The notes under the pieces were generated by a model. It did no database searches, was not told where the DNA came from, and worked only from the letters and a program-made list of their open reading frames with translations. A stretch of DNA of 35,243 nucleotides from a virus (Duplodnaviria > Heunggongvirae > Uroviricota > Caudoviricetes): positions 1 through 35,243 of IMG/VR virus record IMGVR_UViG_2737471821_000011; one strand, given 5' to 3'. Each line of letters opens with the position of its first letter. The first letter of the stretch is position 1. Below are positions 1 to 8,766 of this stretch, one piece after another. A program made the position numbers and the translations under genes.

Positions 1-1257
1 GTGCTTACCGATACAAAATTAAAAAACCTCAAGCCGCAGGACAAACTGTACAAGGTCTCCGATCGTGACGGGCTGTATGTAGCTGTGCTTACGTCAGGCA
101 CGGTCTCGTTTCGCTATGACTACCGTATCAACGGTCGCCGCGAAACACTGGTAATCGGGCAGTATGGGCGTGACGGTATCAGCCTGGCAGAAGCGCGAGA
201 AGAACTGATTGCTGCAAAGAAGCTGCTTAAAGCAGGCCAGTCACCGGCTGCGGCTAAACGTGACGGTATCAAAAAGATTCGTGGTGCCGAGACGTTTGCG
301 GTACATACCGACAGTTATATGAAACACGTCATCCTGGCTGACAGTACCCGCGCAATGAAGCAGGCGGTGATCGACCGTGACATACTTCCAGTTCTTGGCA
401 ACAAAATGATGACTGAAATTACCACATCGATGGTTCGTGATTTGTGTGACCGGATTGTCGAACGCGGTGGTCGGGCAACAGCAGTACAGGCAAGGGAGAT
501 CATCAGCAGCGTATACCGTCACGCCAATGACCGTGGTCATGGTTTGTTTAATCCTGCGGCTGACATTAAACCTTCGTCTATCGCCATATTTAAACCACGA
601 GAGCGAACACTGACACCAGAAGAAATTGGCCTGTTCTTCCGCACGCTGGATGCCATTGGTGCTATGGGCACTATGAAAATGGCTTTAAAGCTGGTGCTTA
701 TCACTATGGTTCGTAAAGGCGAGTTCACCAATGCAACGTGGGATGAAATAGATTTTAAAAAATGGACATGGACAATTCCTTCAGACCGCATGAAGGGAAG
801 CCGGGCGCACGTTATTTACCTGCCTAAACAGGCACAGGATATATTGGTCGGGTTACAGATGTGCGCTGGTGGAAGTGAATATCTGGCTCCTGGTCGTTAC
901 AATTTCCGGAAGCCATTATCTAATGCCGCGCTGAACTCTCTGATCGACAGAACGGTGAAAATAATAAATGAAGATGGTGAGCATATTCAGGATTTCACCG
1001 TACACGATATGCGCCGTACAGCCAGTACGTTGTTGCATGAGGCTGGTTATCCTTCAGACTGGATTGAAAAGGCTCTGGCACATGAGCAGAAAGGTGTGCG
1101 CGCCGTATATAACAAAGCGGAATACGCAAGACAGCGCGCCTACATGTTGCAGCAGTGGGCCGATATGATTGATTCCTGGATTGACGGGGAGCATACGGAT
1201 CTGATTCCGTTCTCCCCGTCGAAGTTTGAGAAGTGGATGGAAGACAGTAATAAATAA
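1..1257 (+). CDS. int: Tyrosine integrase (P4-type phage integrase); start probably at or just beyond the window edge
   Basis: 418-aa ORF beginning at base 1 (GTG). N-terminus LTDTKLKNLKP...YKVSDRDGLY is the typical P4-type integrase N-terminal arm; C-terminal region has HDMRRT (H-x-x-R) and a tyrosine in AVYNKAEY. True start codon likely 1-3 codons upstream of the window. Confidence 0.85.
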   Translation: MLTDTKLKNLKPQDKLYKVSDRDGLYVAVLTSGTVSFRYDYRINGRRETLVIGQYGRDGISLAEAREELIAAKKLLKAGQSPAAAKRDGIKKIRGAETFAVHTDSYMKHVILADSTRAMKQAVIDRDILPVLGNKMMTEITTSMVRDLCDRIVERGGRATAVQAREIISSVYRHANDRGHGLFNPAADIKPSSIAIFKPRERTLTPEEIGLFFRTLDAIGAMGTMKMALKLVLITMVRKGEFTNATWDEIDFKKWTWTIPSDRMKGSRAHVIYLPKQAQDILVGLQMCAGGSEYLAPGRYNFRKPLSNAALNSLIDRTVKIINEDGEHIQDFTVHDMRRTASTLLHEAGYPSDWIEKALAHEQKGVRAVYNKAEYARQRAYMLQQWADMIDSWIDGEHTDLIPFSPSKFEKWMEDSNK

Positions 1258-1259
1258 TT

Positions 1260-1919
1260 CTATCCTTCCTGGACTTTGGTAAGCGTCAGATTTCCGCAGA
1301 ACACTGCGCCGGTGTCGATGTACATCTGGTTTGCATACACCAGTGGGTGATGTGCTGGCGTATGACCGAAGATGAACAAATCGGCACCGGTTATCTCCGA
1401 GACAATACCGTCCTGCGCGTCGCTAACCCGCTCACGATTCCATATCACCATTTCTTCTGGTACTGGCTTATCGAATGCGTATTCGTTGTGCGGGTAGTCT
1501 GCGTGACAGATGACGACCTTCTTATTGCCGGTAACCAGTTCGATAATCATCGGGAGGTTGGTAATCTTTGGCAGAAGGTATTTGAGTTGCACATCCTGCT
1601 CAGAATCAAGTTGGTGCCACCATCCACCGCCGTTTGACATCCAATGTCCGAAACTTCCGCCGTTGACCAGTGCATCCAGCATCATCTGCTCATGGTTGCC
1701 ACGAACAGCTCGGAACCACGGCATAGTAATCAAATCCAGGCATTCGACGTTTTCAGCGCCGCGGTCAACAAGGTCACCAACGGAAATAAGTAAATCGCGC
1801 GCCGGGTCGAATGAAACTTTGTCGAGTTCGTTCATCAGCAGCGTGTAGCACCCATGCAGATCGCCGACGACGAAGATATTGCACCAGTCAGCGCCATTGA
1901 TGCGTTGATATAGGTTCAT
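1260..1919 (-). CDS. Serine/threonine protein phosphatase (PPP family, lambda-PPase/PrpA-like)
   Basis: Metallophosphatase motifs GDLHGC, GDLVDRG and GNHE. Internal ATG (MNLYQ...) chosen as start instead of the longer track ORF; it forms an ATGA overlap with the stop of the upstream gene. Confidence 0.85.
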   Translation of the reverse strand: MNLYQRINGADWCNIFVVGDLHGCYTLLMNELDKVSFDPARDLLISVGDLVDRGAENVECLDLITMPWFRAVRGNHEQMMLDALVNGGSFGHWMSNGGGWWHQLDSEQDVQLKYLLPKITNLPMIIELVTGNKKVVICHADYPHNEYAFDKPVPEEMVIWNRERVSDAQDGIVSEITGADLFIFGHTPAHHPLVYANQMYIDTGAVFCGNLTLTKVQEG

Positions 1920-2566
1920 GCTGCACGCTCCCGCCCCTGGTTGTCTATTGGTGACACCGGAGCATTGCTGAATGCATTTGTTAATCCGCCAATATCCAAC
2001 GCGTATCCAGGGTGTAGTTGCACTGCCGGGTCTTCGCACTGATTACCCCAAACATCGAAGCCATGAGACGACTGGCGGGCGAACAGTTCAATGCGAGAAA
2101 CATCGCCTAACAATTGCACAAGTTTTTCACGAACGACATCTGGTTTTCTTGAATGCTCAAGCCGCGGTGCGGTAAATGACTGAACGATCCCTGCATTAAT
2201 GCGCGTAGGTAGTTTTCCCTTAACTGCAAACAGGCAATCTTCACTATTGGCGCGAGTCATGTGCCCCATACCCATAACCAGTTTATCTGGTTGTCGACTA
2301 CCACATTTTATCCACGTGAAGCCCTTCATGGTCATCAGACGGAATCCCCAGGCTTCAACAACTTTTAGTGCTTCGAGTGGTTGTGTTGGCACCCACCACA
2401 TGGCCAACAGACAGTTTTCACCGGCCAAATCCCACACAGGAAGGCGGCAGATATCCAGCACACTCATAACAGGATATTTAAAGCCGGCACCGCGATTACC
2501 ATCTGCGGCTTTGTCCCGGTATACCCAGGGTGGATCTGCATAGATTAGTGTGTATTTCTTAGTCAT
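1916..2566 (-). CDS. MT-A70-family N6-adenine DNA methyltransferase
   Basis: LIYADPPW (DPPW catalytic motif) near the N-terminus. Start at MTKKY preferred over the upstream GTG of the track ORF. Confidence 0.75.
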   Translation of the reverse strand: MTKKYTLIYADPPWVYRDKAADGNRGAGFKYPVMSVLDICRLPVWDLAGENCLLAMWWVPTQPLEALKVVEAWGFRLMTMKGFTWIKCGSRQPDKLVMGMGHMTRANSEDCLFAVKGKLPTRINAGIVQSFTAPRLEHSRKPDVVREKLVQLLGDVSRIELFARQSSHGFDVWGNQCEDPAVQLHPGYALDIGGLTNAFSNAPVSPIDNQGRERAA

Positions 2567-2810
2567 AAACCACCCCACAACATCCTATGCCGCTATAGTC
2601 GCCACGGCGAAGGCCGTTACCTTTTGTGATACATTGGTCCCTGCGAACCGCGATCCTTGCACGCTCAACATCACCAGAAGCAACATCCATACACTGAAGC
2701 CAAAGGTGGGCGGCAATGCGGAACTGCCCTTTTTTCTCTCTTTCAATCGCGCGTTTTTCGATCTCTATCGCCGCAGGAGTAACGGCAACAACCTTTGAAT
2801 GGCTGCGCAT
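2559..2810 (-). CDS. Hypothetical small protein (start uncertain, could extend to 2858)
   Basis: ORF in the track, same orientation as the operon, stop overlaps the methylase start. No recognisable motif. Confidence 0.35.
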   Translation of the reverse strand: MRSHSKVVAVTPAAIEIEKRAIEREKKGQFRIAAHLWLQCMDVASGDVERARIAVRRDQCITKGNGLRRGDYSGIGCCGVVYD

Positions 2811-2967
2811 TGAAACCTTGTTCATGTGATATTTTTCAAGTCGGCTTAACTTTCTCACTTAATCCAACCCTCTCTGAAAATTAATGCCAGCAGATAAAGC
2901 CATGCTGAAACAGAGGCCAGGAATAAGTACCATCCTGACCATTTGCTCCAGTGCCTTAGCAGCGCAC

Positions 2968-3216
2968 TCATGCAGCGTTGCTCACAGGACGATATACACG
3001 TTGCTGAACAGGAGGCTTTTTACCCTGGAACTCTGCCGGGCTTGCTGCCTGACGTTCATCAAGCCAACGCTCAACTTCATCACGGTTCCATGCGCAGCGT
3101 TTATCGGTGATATACCAGCGTTTAGGAAATTCCCCTGCGCGCTCCATACGGTCGATAGTGCTCCATGACAGTGGCACCACCGCCAGGAGTTCCTTCTTAC
3201 CTAATGCACCTTTCAT
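2968..3216 (-). CDS. AlpA-family excisionase-like DNA-binding protein
   Basis: 82 aa; KELLAVVPLSWSTIDRMERAGEFPKRWYITDKRCAWNRDEVERWL matches the AlpA/Xis winged-helix pattern (STIYR..., RAVRWRESEVEAWL). Confidence 0.7.
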   Translation of the reverse strand: MKGALGKKELLAVVPLSWSTIDRMERAGEFPKRWYITDKRCAWNRDEVERWLDERQAASPAEFQGKKPPVQQRVYRPVSNAA

Positions 3217-3265
3217 AAATACCTCTCTTGGTTGCAGTGCGGCGCGCGTGGCGCCGCGGTGGTGG

Positions 3266-4147
3266 TTACATAGATGTTTCGTTTAATTCTTCCCGACGAA
3301 CGCTGTAAACGTCGGTGGCTTTTGCCAGCAGTTCGTCATCATCTGAAAGTTTTTGTGCAATGTATTTGTAAGCCTTATCCAGTTCGGAGACAGTGATGTA
3401 ATTCATCGCTGCGCTGGTAAAGGCCATCAGCATTTCTTCTGGATCACGGCTATCCGCTTTACGCGTTTGCTCATCAGGCTTTTTCGCTGGTTTAGCGTTG
3501 ATCAGACTGTTCATTCCCGCAGCAGTGGTCGTTTGCGGAGTAATGTCTCGCTCAACGCGCGGTGCCGTTTCCTGTAATTCGTCAGGGGTGTAAACACCGA
3601 GAAGTACATCAGGAGCGTGCAGGCGAGCCCATCGTTTCGTGCAAAGATAGGCAAGCTGCTGGCGCGGATCCTGTTCCCACAATGGAGAGTTACGCACTCC
3701 GGCTTGCGCCATACTGATGGTAAGCTCACGGGGTTCTGCTTCTCCTTTAAGAACTGCTGACACAGTTACCGTCAGATTCGGTGATTTATCTGTTTTGCCG
3801 TTAACATTCGACCAGTCACCGCTCCAGCGATAATTCAGGCGTGTCGCTAGCAGGCTGGAAGAGGATACGACCGCGTTTACCAACTGTGCTTCGTAGCCTA
3901 ACGTTCCGTTTACCACATGCGTTTTCTGCGCCACGGCGAAAGGATTCATTCCCCACTGTGCCGCCTGCATGGTCACCGCCAGACAATCGGCAGGTTCGCC
4001 TTTAAGATGTTTCGGTACAGTCGCTTTGCTTTGTGACATCAACTCCGCGAAACGCACCAGTTGATTCATGCCCTCCGGGCTGAAGATTGCCGCAGCAGTA
4101 CCTACAGTTGCGCCTGGTTGTGATGTGATTGCGATATCATTGCTCAT
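3266..4147 (-). CDS. Bet/RecT-family single-strand annealing recombinase
   Basis: 293 aa, immediately downstream of the exonuclease gene with ATGA overlap. Shares short motifs with lambda Bet as I recall it (GMNP..., ERDITP). Family assignment from memory. Confidence 0.7.
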   Translation of the reverse strand: MSNDIAITSQPGATVGTAAAIFSPEGMNQLVRFAELMSQSKATVPKHLKGEPADCLAVTMQAAQWGMNPFAVAQKTHVVNGTLGYEAQLVNAVVSSSSLLATRLNYRWSGDWSNVNGKTDKSPNLTVTVSAVLKGEAEPRELTISMAQAGVRNSPLWEQDPRQQLAYLCTKRWARLHAPDVLLGVYTPDELQETAPRVERDITPQTTTAAGMNSLINAKPAKKPDEQTRKADSRDPEEMLMAFTSAAMNYITVSELDKAYKYIAQKLSDDDELLAKATDVYSVRREELNETSM

Positions 4148-4965
4148 ACGTACATATCCTGTTTACGTGCCCAGTCAGGGCGTTTAATAATTTCCACTCC
4201 GCCCCACTCATCGTTGATGCGGCATTCGTGATAGGTATTCAGATCCCGGTGGAACAGAGCGTGCCCGGCATCGACATCCGGCGCATCCAGCTCGAACACG
4301 CGTACCGGATACCGACCACAATCAATGCTTTCGCTCACGGCAAGAAAGAAAAAACCATGCGGCTGACCAGTAACCCTCATTGCGCCTTCGCGGTACATTG
4401 CGTCCTGCACGTGGTAGCGGAATTCCTCGATGTGGCGTGCAAAACGGTCCATATCTGCAACCTTTTTCACGTCGACGATCACGTTGTGCTCGTTCAGCCA
4501 TTTGTCTGGACGAATTCGGCACAACTCACCCGTATCTTCATCGTTCCAGTACATTGATGCTTCGCAGTAACCAGGTGCTTCCAACATCCAGCGTGCCGCC
4601 GGGTGAGCCATTGCGCTAGCACGCATCAGCTCCAGTTTTCGCCACTGCTCTGCATCAAGTACCGAAATCCCCATATCCGCTACATCACGAATAAATGCCT
4701 CTTCGTCAGCTTTACCTTGTTTTGTCCGACGATCGAATTTCGGTGAAACGATGAAGCGTTTGTCAAACTCTCCAGGTTCCAGAAGCAGACAGTGCAGAGC
4801 AGTACCCATGTCCAGTGCAGACTTCTTCTCTTCGTCTTCCGGAGCAGCCTTCACCCATTTCAGAAGGGCAGGGTTCTTAGCCACCATATCTAGCTGCGAC
4901 TTACTCACGCCGTCACCGGCGTGGTAGTCCTCGTTGCTGATATCGAAATAAATTCCCGGATTCAT
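4144..4965 (-). CDS. Exonuclease partner of the annealing protein (PD-(D/E)XK, YqaJ/RecE-C-terminal-like)
   Basis: 273 aa, translationally coupled to the annealing protein gene; acidic/His-rich pattern and position fit a recombination exonuclease. Function inferred mainly from synteny. Confidence 0.6.
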   Translation of the reverse strand: MNPGIYFDISNEDYHAGDGVSKSQLDMVAKNPALLKWVKAAPEDEEKKSALDMGTALHCLLLEPGEFDKRFIVSPKFDRRTKQGKADEEAFIRDVADMGISVLDAEQWRKLELMRASAMAHPAARWMLEAPGYCEASMYWNDEDTGELCRIRPDKWLNEHNVIVDVKKVADMDRFARHIEEFRYHVQDAMYREGAMRVTGQPHGFFFLAVSESIDCGRYPVRVFELDAPDVDAGHALFHRDLNTYHECRINDEWGGVEIIKRPDWARKQDMYV

Positions 4966-5267
4966 GCCGCGTCCCTCTGCCCATCAATCTGATCAGCCAG
5001 ATCCCAGCGGGCGATAATTGCCATTGCCTCGCGCCGGTAGGCATCCATTAGTTCTTCGAACTCAGGGCTGTCTTTAGCGGCCTCTAGTACTTCCTGGCGA
5101 ACGCCTTTAACTGTTACAACGTCGAAAGTTGATGCCAGTTGATGAAGCCGGATACTCTCAATCAGTTCAACTTGTCGGTCATATAGCTGTTCTGACAGGC
5201 GGTAGTCCTTGTCGAATGCCAGCATGATTTTTTGAAGATTTTTCTGCTGATTAACGTTCATACCCAC
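4962..5267 (-). CDS. Hypothetical protein
   Basis: 101-aa ORF in operon, ATGA overlap with downstream gene. Confidence 0.5.
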   Translation of the reverse strand: MGMNVNQQKNLQKIMLAFDKDYRLSEQLYDRQVELIESIRLHQLASTFDVVTVKGVRQEVLEAAKDSPEFEELMDAYRREAMAIIARWDLADQIDGQRDAA

Positions 5268-5268
5268 C

Positions 5269-6303
5269 TCAATATTTGATATACGCGTCCTGCACTTTGC
5301 CGCCAGCGATAGCCAACATTACTTTCTGCGCGAATTCTTCGGGAATGCCTTGGGCTATCAGATCTGCGATTACTCTGCGGTTAACGGTACGGCGATGCTC
5401 TTTATCTGCAGCTCGGCGCGCTTCTTCGTCGGCGATACGCTTCTGTTCGTCAAGGCGGGCTTTTTCTGCCGCCTCTTGGCGTCGGCGTTCCTCGGCAACG
5501 GCTTCTTCTTTTTCGCGTCGTGCACGCTGCTCTGCTTCAATTCGCTGACGTTCTGCTACTTCAGCACGTGCTTTTTCTTCCACCGCCAGGCGTGCCGCAG
5601 CCTCAATTTCAGCTTTCGCTTTTTGTTCAGCTTCGAGCCTGGCCTGTTCAGCAGCTTCCCGGCGGATATTCTCTTCTCGCTCAATGCGCGCTTTTTCCTC
5701 CGCTTCTTTGCGAAGTCGCTCCAGCTCAGCGGCTTCATGCTCGCGTTTTTGAGCTACTGCGAGTGATTCTTCCAGTTTCTGGATGGTTGAATCCTTGGCT
5801 ACTCCAGCTTCTGCTGCGTACTCCTGCCAACTTTCATCAAGTGCTACTGATTTAGCCTCTTGAATTCGTTCCTGAATATCAGATGATGGCAAGTAGTTTC
5901 CGGAGAGATCGATCACGTCAGCTAGTGCTCGCAAATTTGTCAGGCGTTGTTGCAGTGCTTCAGTGCGTAATTTCTCAGCATTTTCCCACTCGGTGAGTGG
6001 GCGGCGTACTTCATCACGAAGCCGATCGCATTCGGTTACGAAGCGTCGTAACTCTGCTTCAACTACTTTCGGCTGTTCTTTCAGGCGTTTCAGATAATCA
6101 CGTCCTGGTTTTTCTACCGCTGTTTTACTTCTTGAAACCTTCGCAGCCAGAGATGCAATGCGCTTTCTGCCTTTGTCTGTGCTAATGTCAGGCACTTCAT
6201 TAACACCTTCACGGATCTGCTCGAGAAACTTTTCCAGCCCTTTTTCAACGTAAATTCTTGGTGCCATGTCTGGTGTGATTTCGATGATTGATAATTCACT
6301 CAT
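5269..6303 (-). CDS. Hypothetical coiled-coil protein with charged A/E/K/R low-complexity core
   Basis: 344-aa ORF; long run of EAEQKAKAEIEAAARLA...-type heptads. The antisense ORFs over it are mirror images of this low-complexity region. Confidence 0.55.
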   Translation of the reverse strand: MSELSIIEITPDMAPRIYVEKGLEKFLEQIREGVNEVPDISTDKGRKRIASLAAKVSRSKTAVEKPGRDYLKRLKEQPKVVEAELRRFVTECDRLRDEVRRPLTEWENAEKLRTEALQQRLTNLRALADVIDLSGNYLPSSDIQERIQEAKSVALDESWQEYAAEAGVAKDSTIQKLEESLAVAQKREHEAAELERLRKEAEEKARIEREENIRREAAEQARLEAEQKAKAEIEAAARLAVEEKARAEVAERQRIEAEQRARREKEEAVAEERRRQEAAEKARLDEQKRIADEEARRAADKEHRRTVNRRVIADLIAQGIPEEFAQKVMLAIAGGKVQDAYIKY

Positions 6304-6311
6304 TTGCTAAC

Positions 6312-6461
6312 CTACTCCCATATCTCGTTATCGTTTGCCACATCGCGAGCTTCTTTGCTGACGAAAGCCCACTTAATGCCTTCCTGTAAGGTGCGGAACT
6401 TCCAGCTCATGAATCCGCATGCAGTAACGCAGTACCAACCGTTGATGATTTTCCACTGCAT
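6312..6461 (-). CDS. Small hypothetical protein (49 aa), first gene of the leftward early operon
   Basis: Below the ORF-track length cut-off. ATG at 6461 preceded by GAGGT at 8-nt spacing; translation MQWKIINGWYCVTACGFMSWKFRTLQEGIKWAFVSKEARDVANDNEIWE; stop 10 nt before the next gene start. Confidence 0.35.
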   Translation of the reverse strand: MQWKIINGWYCVTACGFMSWKFRTLQEGIKWAFVSKEARDVANDNEIWE

Positions 6462-6480
6462 AATTTGTTACCTCGGTCTG

Positions 6481-6495
6481 TTACCGTTGAGGTAA
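6481..6495. promoter_or_regulatory. Operator-like inverted repeat TTACC-GTTGA-GGTAA
   Basis: Perfect TTACC-N5-GGTAA just downstream of a putative -10 of the leftward early promoter (TTGACA at ~6518-6523 on the minus strand). Confidence 0.6.
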
Positions 6496-6542
6496 TGATT
6501 ATGCGTATCTGGTTTGATGTCAATAGATATGAGTTAAAAAAA

Positions 6543-6557
6543 TTACCCATAAGGTAA
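6543..6557. promoter_or_regulatory. Operator-like inverted repeat TTACC-CATAA-GGTAA
   Basis: Perfect copy upstream of the -35 of the same leftward promoter. Confidence 0.6.
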
Positions 6558-6570
6558 TCCTGCTGGCAAT

Positions 6571-6592
6571 AAAAAAGCCGCCATGAGGCGGC
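6571..6592 (-). terminator. Intrinsic terminator after the repressor-like gene
   Basis: Hairpin GCCGCC-ATGA-GGCGGC followed on the minus strand by a U run (forward A6 at 6571-6576). Confidence 0.65.
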
Positions 6593-6614
6593 TTACTTAC
6601 TGAAAAATATGATT

Positions 6615-7199
6615 TTATTGTTTGTTTTTTTCGTTCTGGCTGATGACAAATTCAATGTAACTTTCGATCTTTGCCTTCTCTGTTTCGGGTAACAATGCGT
6701 AGCGCGAGCGGTCATAGTTGATAGTCGCAGGGTCGTGCGGGTGAATCAGTAATTCATAGCCGTGACGCCCGAATGCGGATGCAACATTCTCCAGGGTGGA
6801 AATGGAAACGCTGACCTCATTGTTTAACAGGCGGCTGATTGTCACCTGGGCGACGCCGGATGCGCGGTGAAGTTTTCCCTGTGTTGAAAGGTCGCGGCTT
6901 TCGCTCATCCAGCGTTCCAGGTTGTGAGCCGCCAGCTGACCAATGTCGCTTGGGCCGACAGGCTGAAAACCTTCCTGAGAAAGCGAGCGATCGATATCAA
7001 GCCAGTTACGGGGTTTATTGGCGGCAGCTTCAATTTTTCGCGCAACCTGGTCGCCGATAACCTTCTTGCCAAGAGCCCAGCGGTTTACCAGATTTGCCTG
7101 AGTTCCAAGTTTTTCTGCCATCCGCGTCTGAACACCATTGAATTCACGGTCGATCAAGTCGTTGAGATTTTGCCTGCGGACGTCCTGGATACTTTTCAT
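6615..7199 (-). CDS. Putative prophage repressor with two HTH motifs and no recognisable autocleavage domain
   Basis: 194 aa. N-terminal HTH (QTRMAEKLGTQANLVNRW) and a second HTH (GKLHRASGVAQVTISRLLNNEVSVSISTLENVASAFG). Divergent from a Cro-like gene with three operator-like sites between them. I see no S24 peptidase Ser/Lys signature. Confidence 0.55.
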   Translation of the reverse strand: MKSIQDVRRQNLNDLIDREFNGVQTRMAEKLGTQANLVNRWALGKKVIGDQVARKIEAAANKPRNWLDIDRSLSQEGFQPVGPSDIGQLAAHNLERWMSESRDLSTQGKLHRASGVAQVTISRLLNNEVSVSISTLENVASAFGRHGYELLIHPHDPATINYDRSRYALLPETEKAKIESYIEFVISQNEKNKQ

Positions 7200-7254
7200 T
7201 TTCTGGAAAATCGCCTCATATATGAATCAGTAGATGATTCAATTTAAAGCAATA

Positions 7255-7269
7255 TTACCCAACAGGTAA
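7255..7269. promoter_or_regulatory. Operator-like inverted repeat TTACC-CAACA-GGTAA (immunity region)
   Basis: Perfect copy in the 154-bp divergent intergenic region. Confidence 0.65.
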
Positions 7270-7271
7270 AT

Positions 7272-7317
7272 GCACCCCATAGGTAACTATCCTTGATTTT
7301 TGTTACCTTATGGGTGA
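7272..7317. promoter_or_regulatory. Two imperfect operator-like sites (GCACC-CCATA-GGTAA at ~7272-7286; TTACC-TTATG-GGTGA at ~7303-7317)
   Basis: Degenerate copies of the same 15-bp repeat; the second overlaps a putative rightward promoter (TTGATT ~7293-7298, GAATAT ~7316-7321). Confidence 0.45.
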
Positions 7318-7353
7318 ATATTTATTATCTGAAATAAATATCAGGCAATAGCT

Positions 7354-7584
7354 ATGAGCGATAACGGACATTTCGATTTCAAAAAGCACTGGCTTGCACT
7401 TACTCCGGATGAGCGTGAAGCCTTCGCACAGGAAGCCGGAACGACGAGTCACTATATCCAGACTCACTTAACAGGTAAGCGCAAAATGCCAGGTAAGGTA
7501 TTGATGAATGGGCTTTTTAAAGCCTGTAAAACAAGACAATGGCTGCGCTCAAAAGCAGAACTGGCATACTTCTTCTACTCATGA
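7354..7584 (+). CDS. Cro-like small HTH regulator
   Basis: 76 aa, divergent from the repressor-like gene; HTH-like segment REAFAQEAGTTSHYIQTHLTG; followed by an intrinsic terminator. Confidence 0.5.
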   Translation: MSDNGHFDFKKHWLALTPDEREAFAQEAGTTSHYIQTHLTGKRKMPGKVLMNGLFKACKTRQWLRSKAELAYFFYS

Positions 7585-7605
7585 TATCCAGCCACAACCC
7601 TCTGT

Positions 7606-7630
7606 AGACCGCCATCCGGCGGTCTTTTCA
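7606..7630 (+). terminator. Intrinsic terminator after the Cro-like gene
   Basis: Hairpin GACCGCC-ATCC-GGCGGTC followed by TTTTCA. Confidence 0.65.
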
Positions 7631-7734
7631 TATCTATTCGCACCTCAAAGGTAATAAAAAACCAAATGTGGTTGATCTTTTTTTTGTGTCAGCACAAAAT
7701 GACCGTAATCCCAATACTAATAACAGGGCTTACC

Positions 7735-7935
7735 ATGGAAATCATTACACGTATTGATGCCGCAAAGCGCGGACTTAAACGCTATTACACCGGAAAACAA
7801 TGTAAGCACGGACATGACAGTGAACGCTGGGTTTACAACGGACACTGTGTTGAGTGCACCATGGAATCAAACCGTCGCATCAGGGCAGAGATTAAGCAGA
7901 TCATGATTAATTCCTCCCCACAACACTCAAGCTGA
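7735..7935 (+). CDS. Small Cys/His-rich protein at the cII-equivalent position
   Basis: Internal ATG (MEIITR...) chosen; CKHGH...(13 aa)...CVEC arrangement suggests a zinc ribbon. The track ORF start at 7666 coincides with the conserved ATGTGGTT element and has no RBS. Confidence 0.4.
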   Translation: MEIITRIDAAKRGLKRYYTGKQCKHGHDSERWVYNGHCVECTMESNRRIRAEIKQIMINSSPQHSS

Positions 7936-7950
7936 TAGCGGAGATTAATC

Positions 7951-8766
7951 ATGAGCAGACATGCAACAGATTGGGCCTGGGAGACAGATCCAGGCAGCTC
8001 ATCATTAAAGCTCATACTGCTCTCGATGGCTGACAGAGCCGATGAATATAACCTCTGCTACCCCAGCATAGAACGCCTAGTTAAAGACACTTGCCTGAAT
8101 AAAAAAACCGTGCAGGCCGGACTTATATCGCTCATGAAAATGGGGCTTATTTCAGATACCGGAGAGAGAAAGGGAGCGACGAAAAGAGTGCGGGTTTTCT
8201 CTCTTAATATAACCAAAAACGGGAACATTAAAGGCAACCGGGAAGGGGGTAATGAACCCAAAAACGGTAATGTTACCGAAAACGGGAATATACCCAAAAA
8301 CGGGATGTTGAATGATCCCAAAAACGGGATGTTGAATGATCCCAAAAACGGGATCCAGAACCAGTCATATAACCAGTCATTTAACCAAGAGAGGGAGAGC
8401 AGGACAAAAACCGGGGATTCTGTGCCTCATGACCCCGGCGCAAACAACGCTGTGATGAATAACTTTGTTCCTCCAGGTGGGCCAGGGCAATTAGGCAAAT
8501 TTGTCATGCATGAACAATGGCAGCCATCAGATGACTTTCTTCGGAAAAGCTCATTGCAGGGGATCTACCTGGACAGTCTGCCAACGGCACAGGAACTTGC
8601 AGAGTTCAGAATTTACTGGATGGCTGAGGGTAAGGCATACCATCAGGCACAGTGGGAGCAGAAGCTGGCAAGGCGGCTGCAGATTAGCAGACAGAAGCAA
8701 TCAACATTACCTGATAACAACGTTCCGCACTGGAACAGCCCTGAAGCGTGGGAGGATTTCTTGTGA
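7951..8766 (+). CDS. Replication initiator (lambda O-like)
   Basis: N-terminal HTH-like region (LKLILLSMADRADEYNLCYPSIERLVKDTCLNKKTVQAGLISLMKMGLI) and internal iteron repeats that encode PKNG peptide repeats; followed by a P-like gene with GTGA overlap. Confidence 0.7.
   Translation: MSRHATDWAWETDPGSSSLKLILLSMADRADEYNLCYPSIERLVKDTCLNKKTVQAGLISLMKMGLISDTGERKGATKRVRVFSLNITKNGNIKGNREGGNEPKNGNVTENGNIPKNGMLNDPKNGMLNDPKNGIQNQSYNQSFNQERESRTKTGDSVPHDPGANNAVMNNFVPPGGPGQLGKFVMHEQWQPSDDFLRKSSLQGIYLDSLPTAQELAEFRIYWMAEGKAYHQAQWEQKLARRLQISRQKQSTLPDNNVPHWNSPEAWEDFL
8213..8362 (+). repeat. Iteron-like direct repeats, putative replication origin inside the O-like gene
   Basis: About six copies of CC(C/A/G)AAAACGG(G) spaced 17-24 bp, including two perfect 24-bp units CCCAAAAACGGGATGTTGAATGAT at ~8317-8340 and ~8293-8316; followed by AACCAGTCAT x2. 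Confidence 0.6.

Noticed and set aside
5276-5855. Several plus-strand ORFs (90-138 aa) antisense to the coiled-coil protein gene
   Set aside because: They are mirror images of the low-complexity A/E/K/R coding repeats, lack starts with RBS, and overlap a well-supported minus-strand operon.
7666-7734. Track start codon at 7666 for the cII-position gene
   Set aside because: That ATG is part of the repeated ATGTGGTT element, has no RBS, and the N-terminal extension is hydrophobic junk; the internal ATG at 7735 was used instead.
8213-8362. CRISPR array
   Set aside because: The repeats are short iterons with variable spacing inside a coding sequence; no repeat-spacer architecture and no cas genes anywhere in the window.
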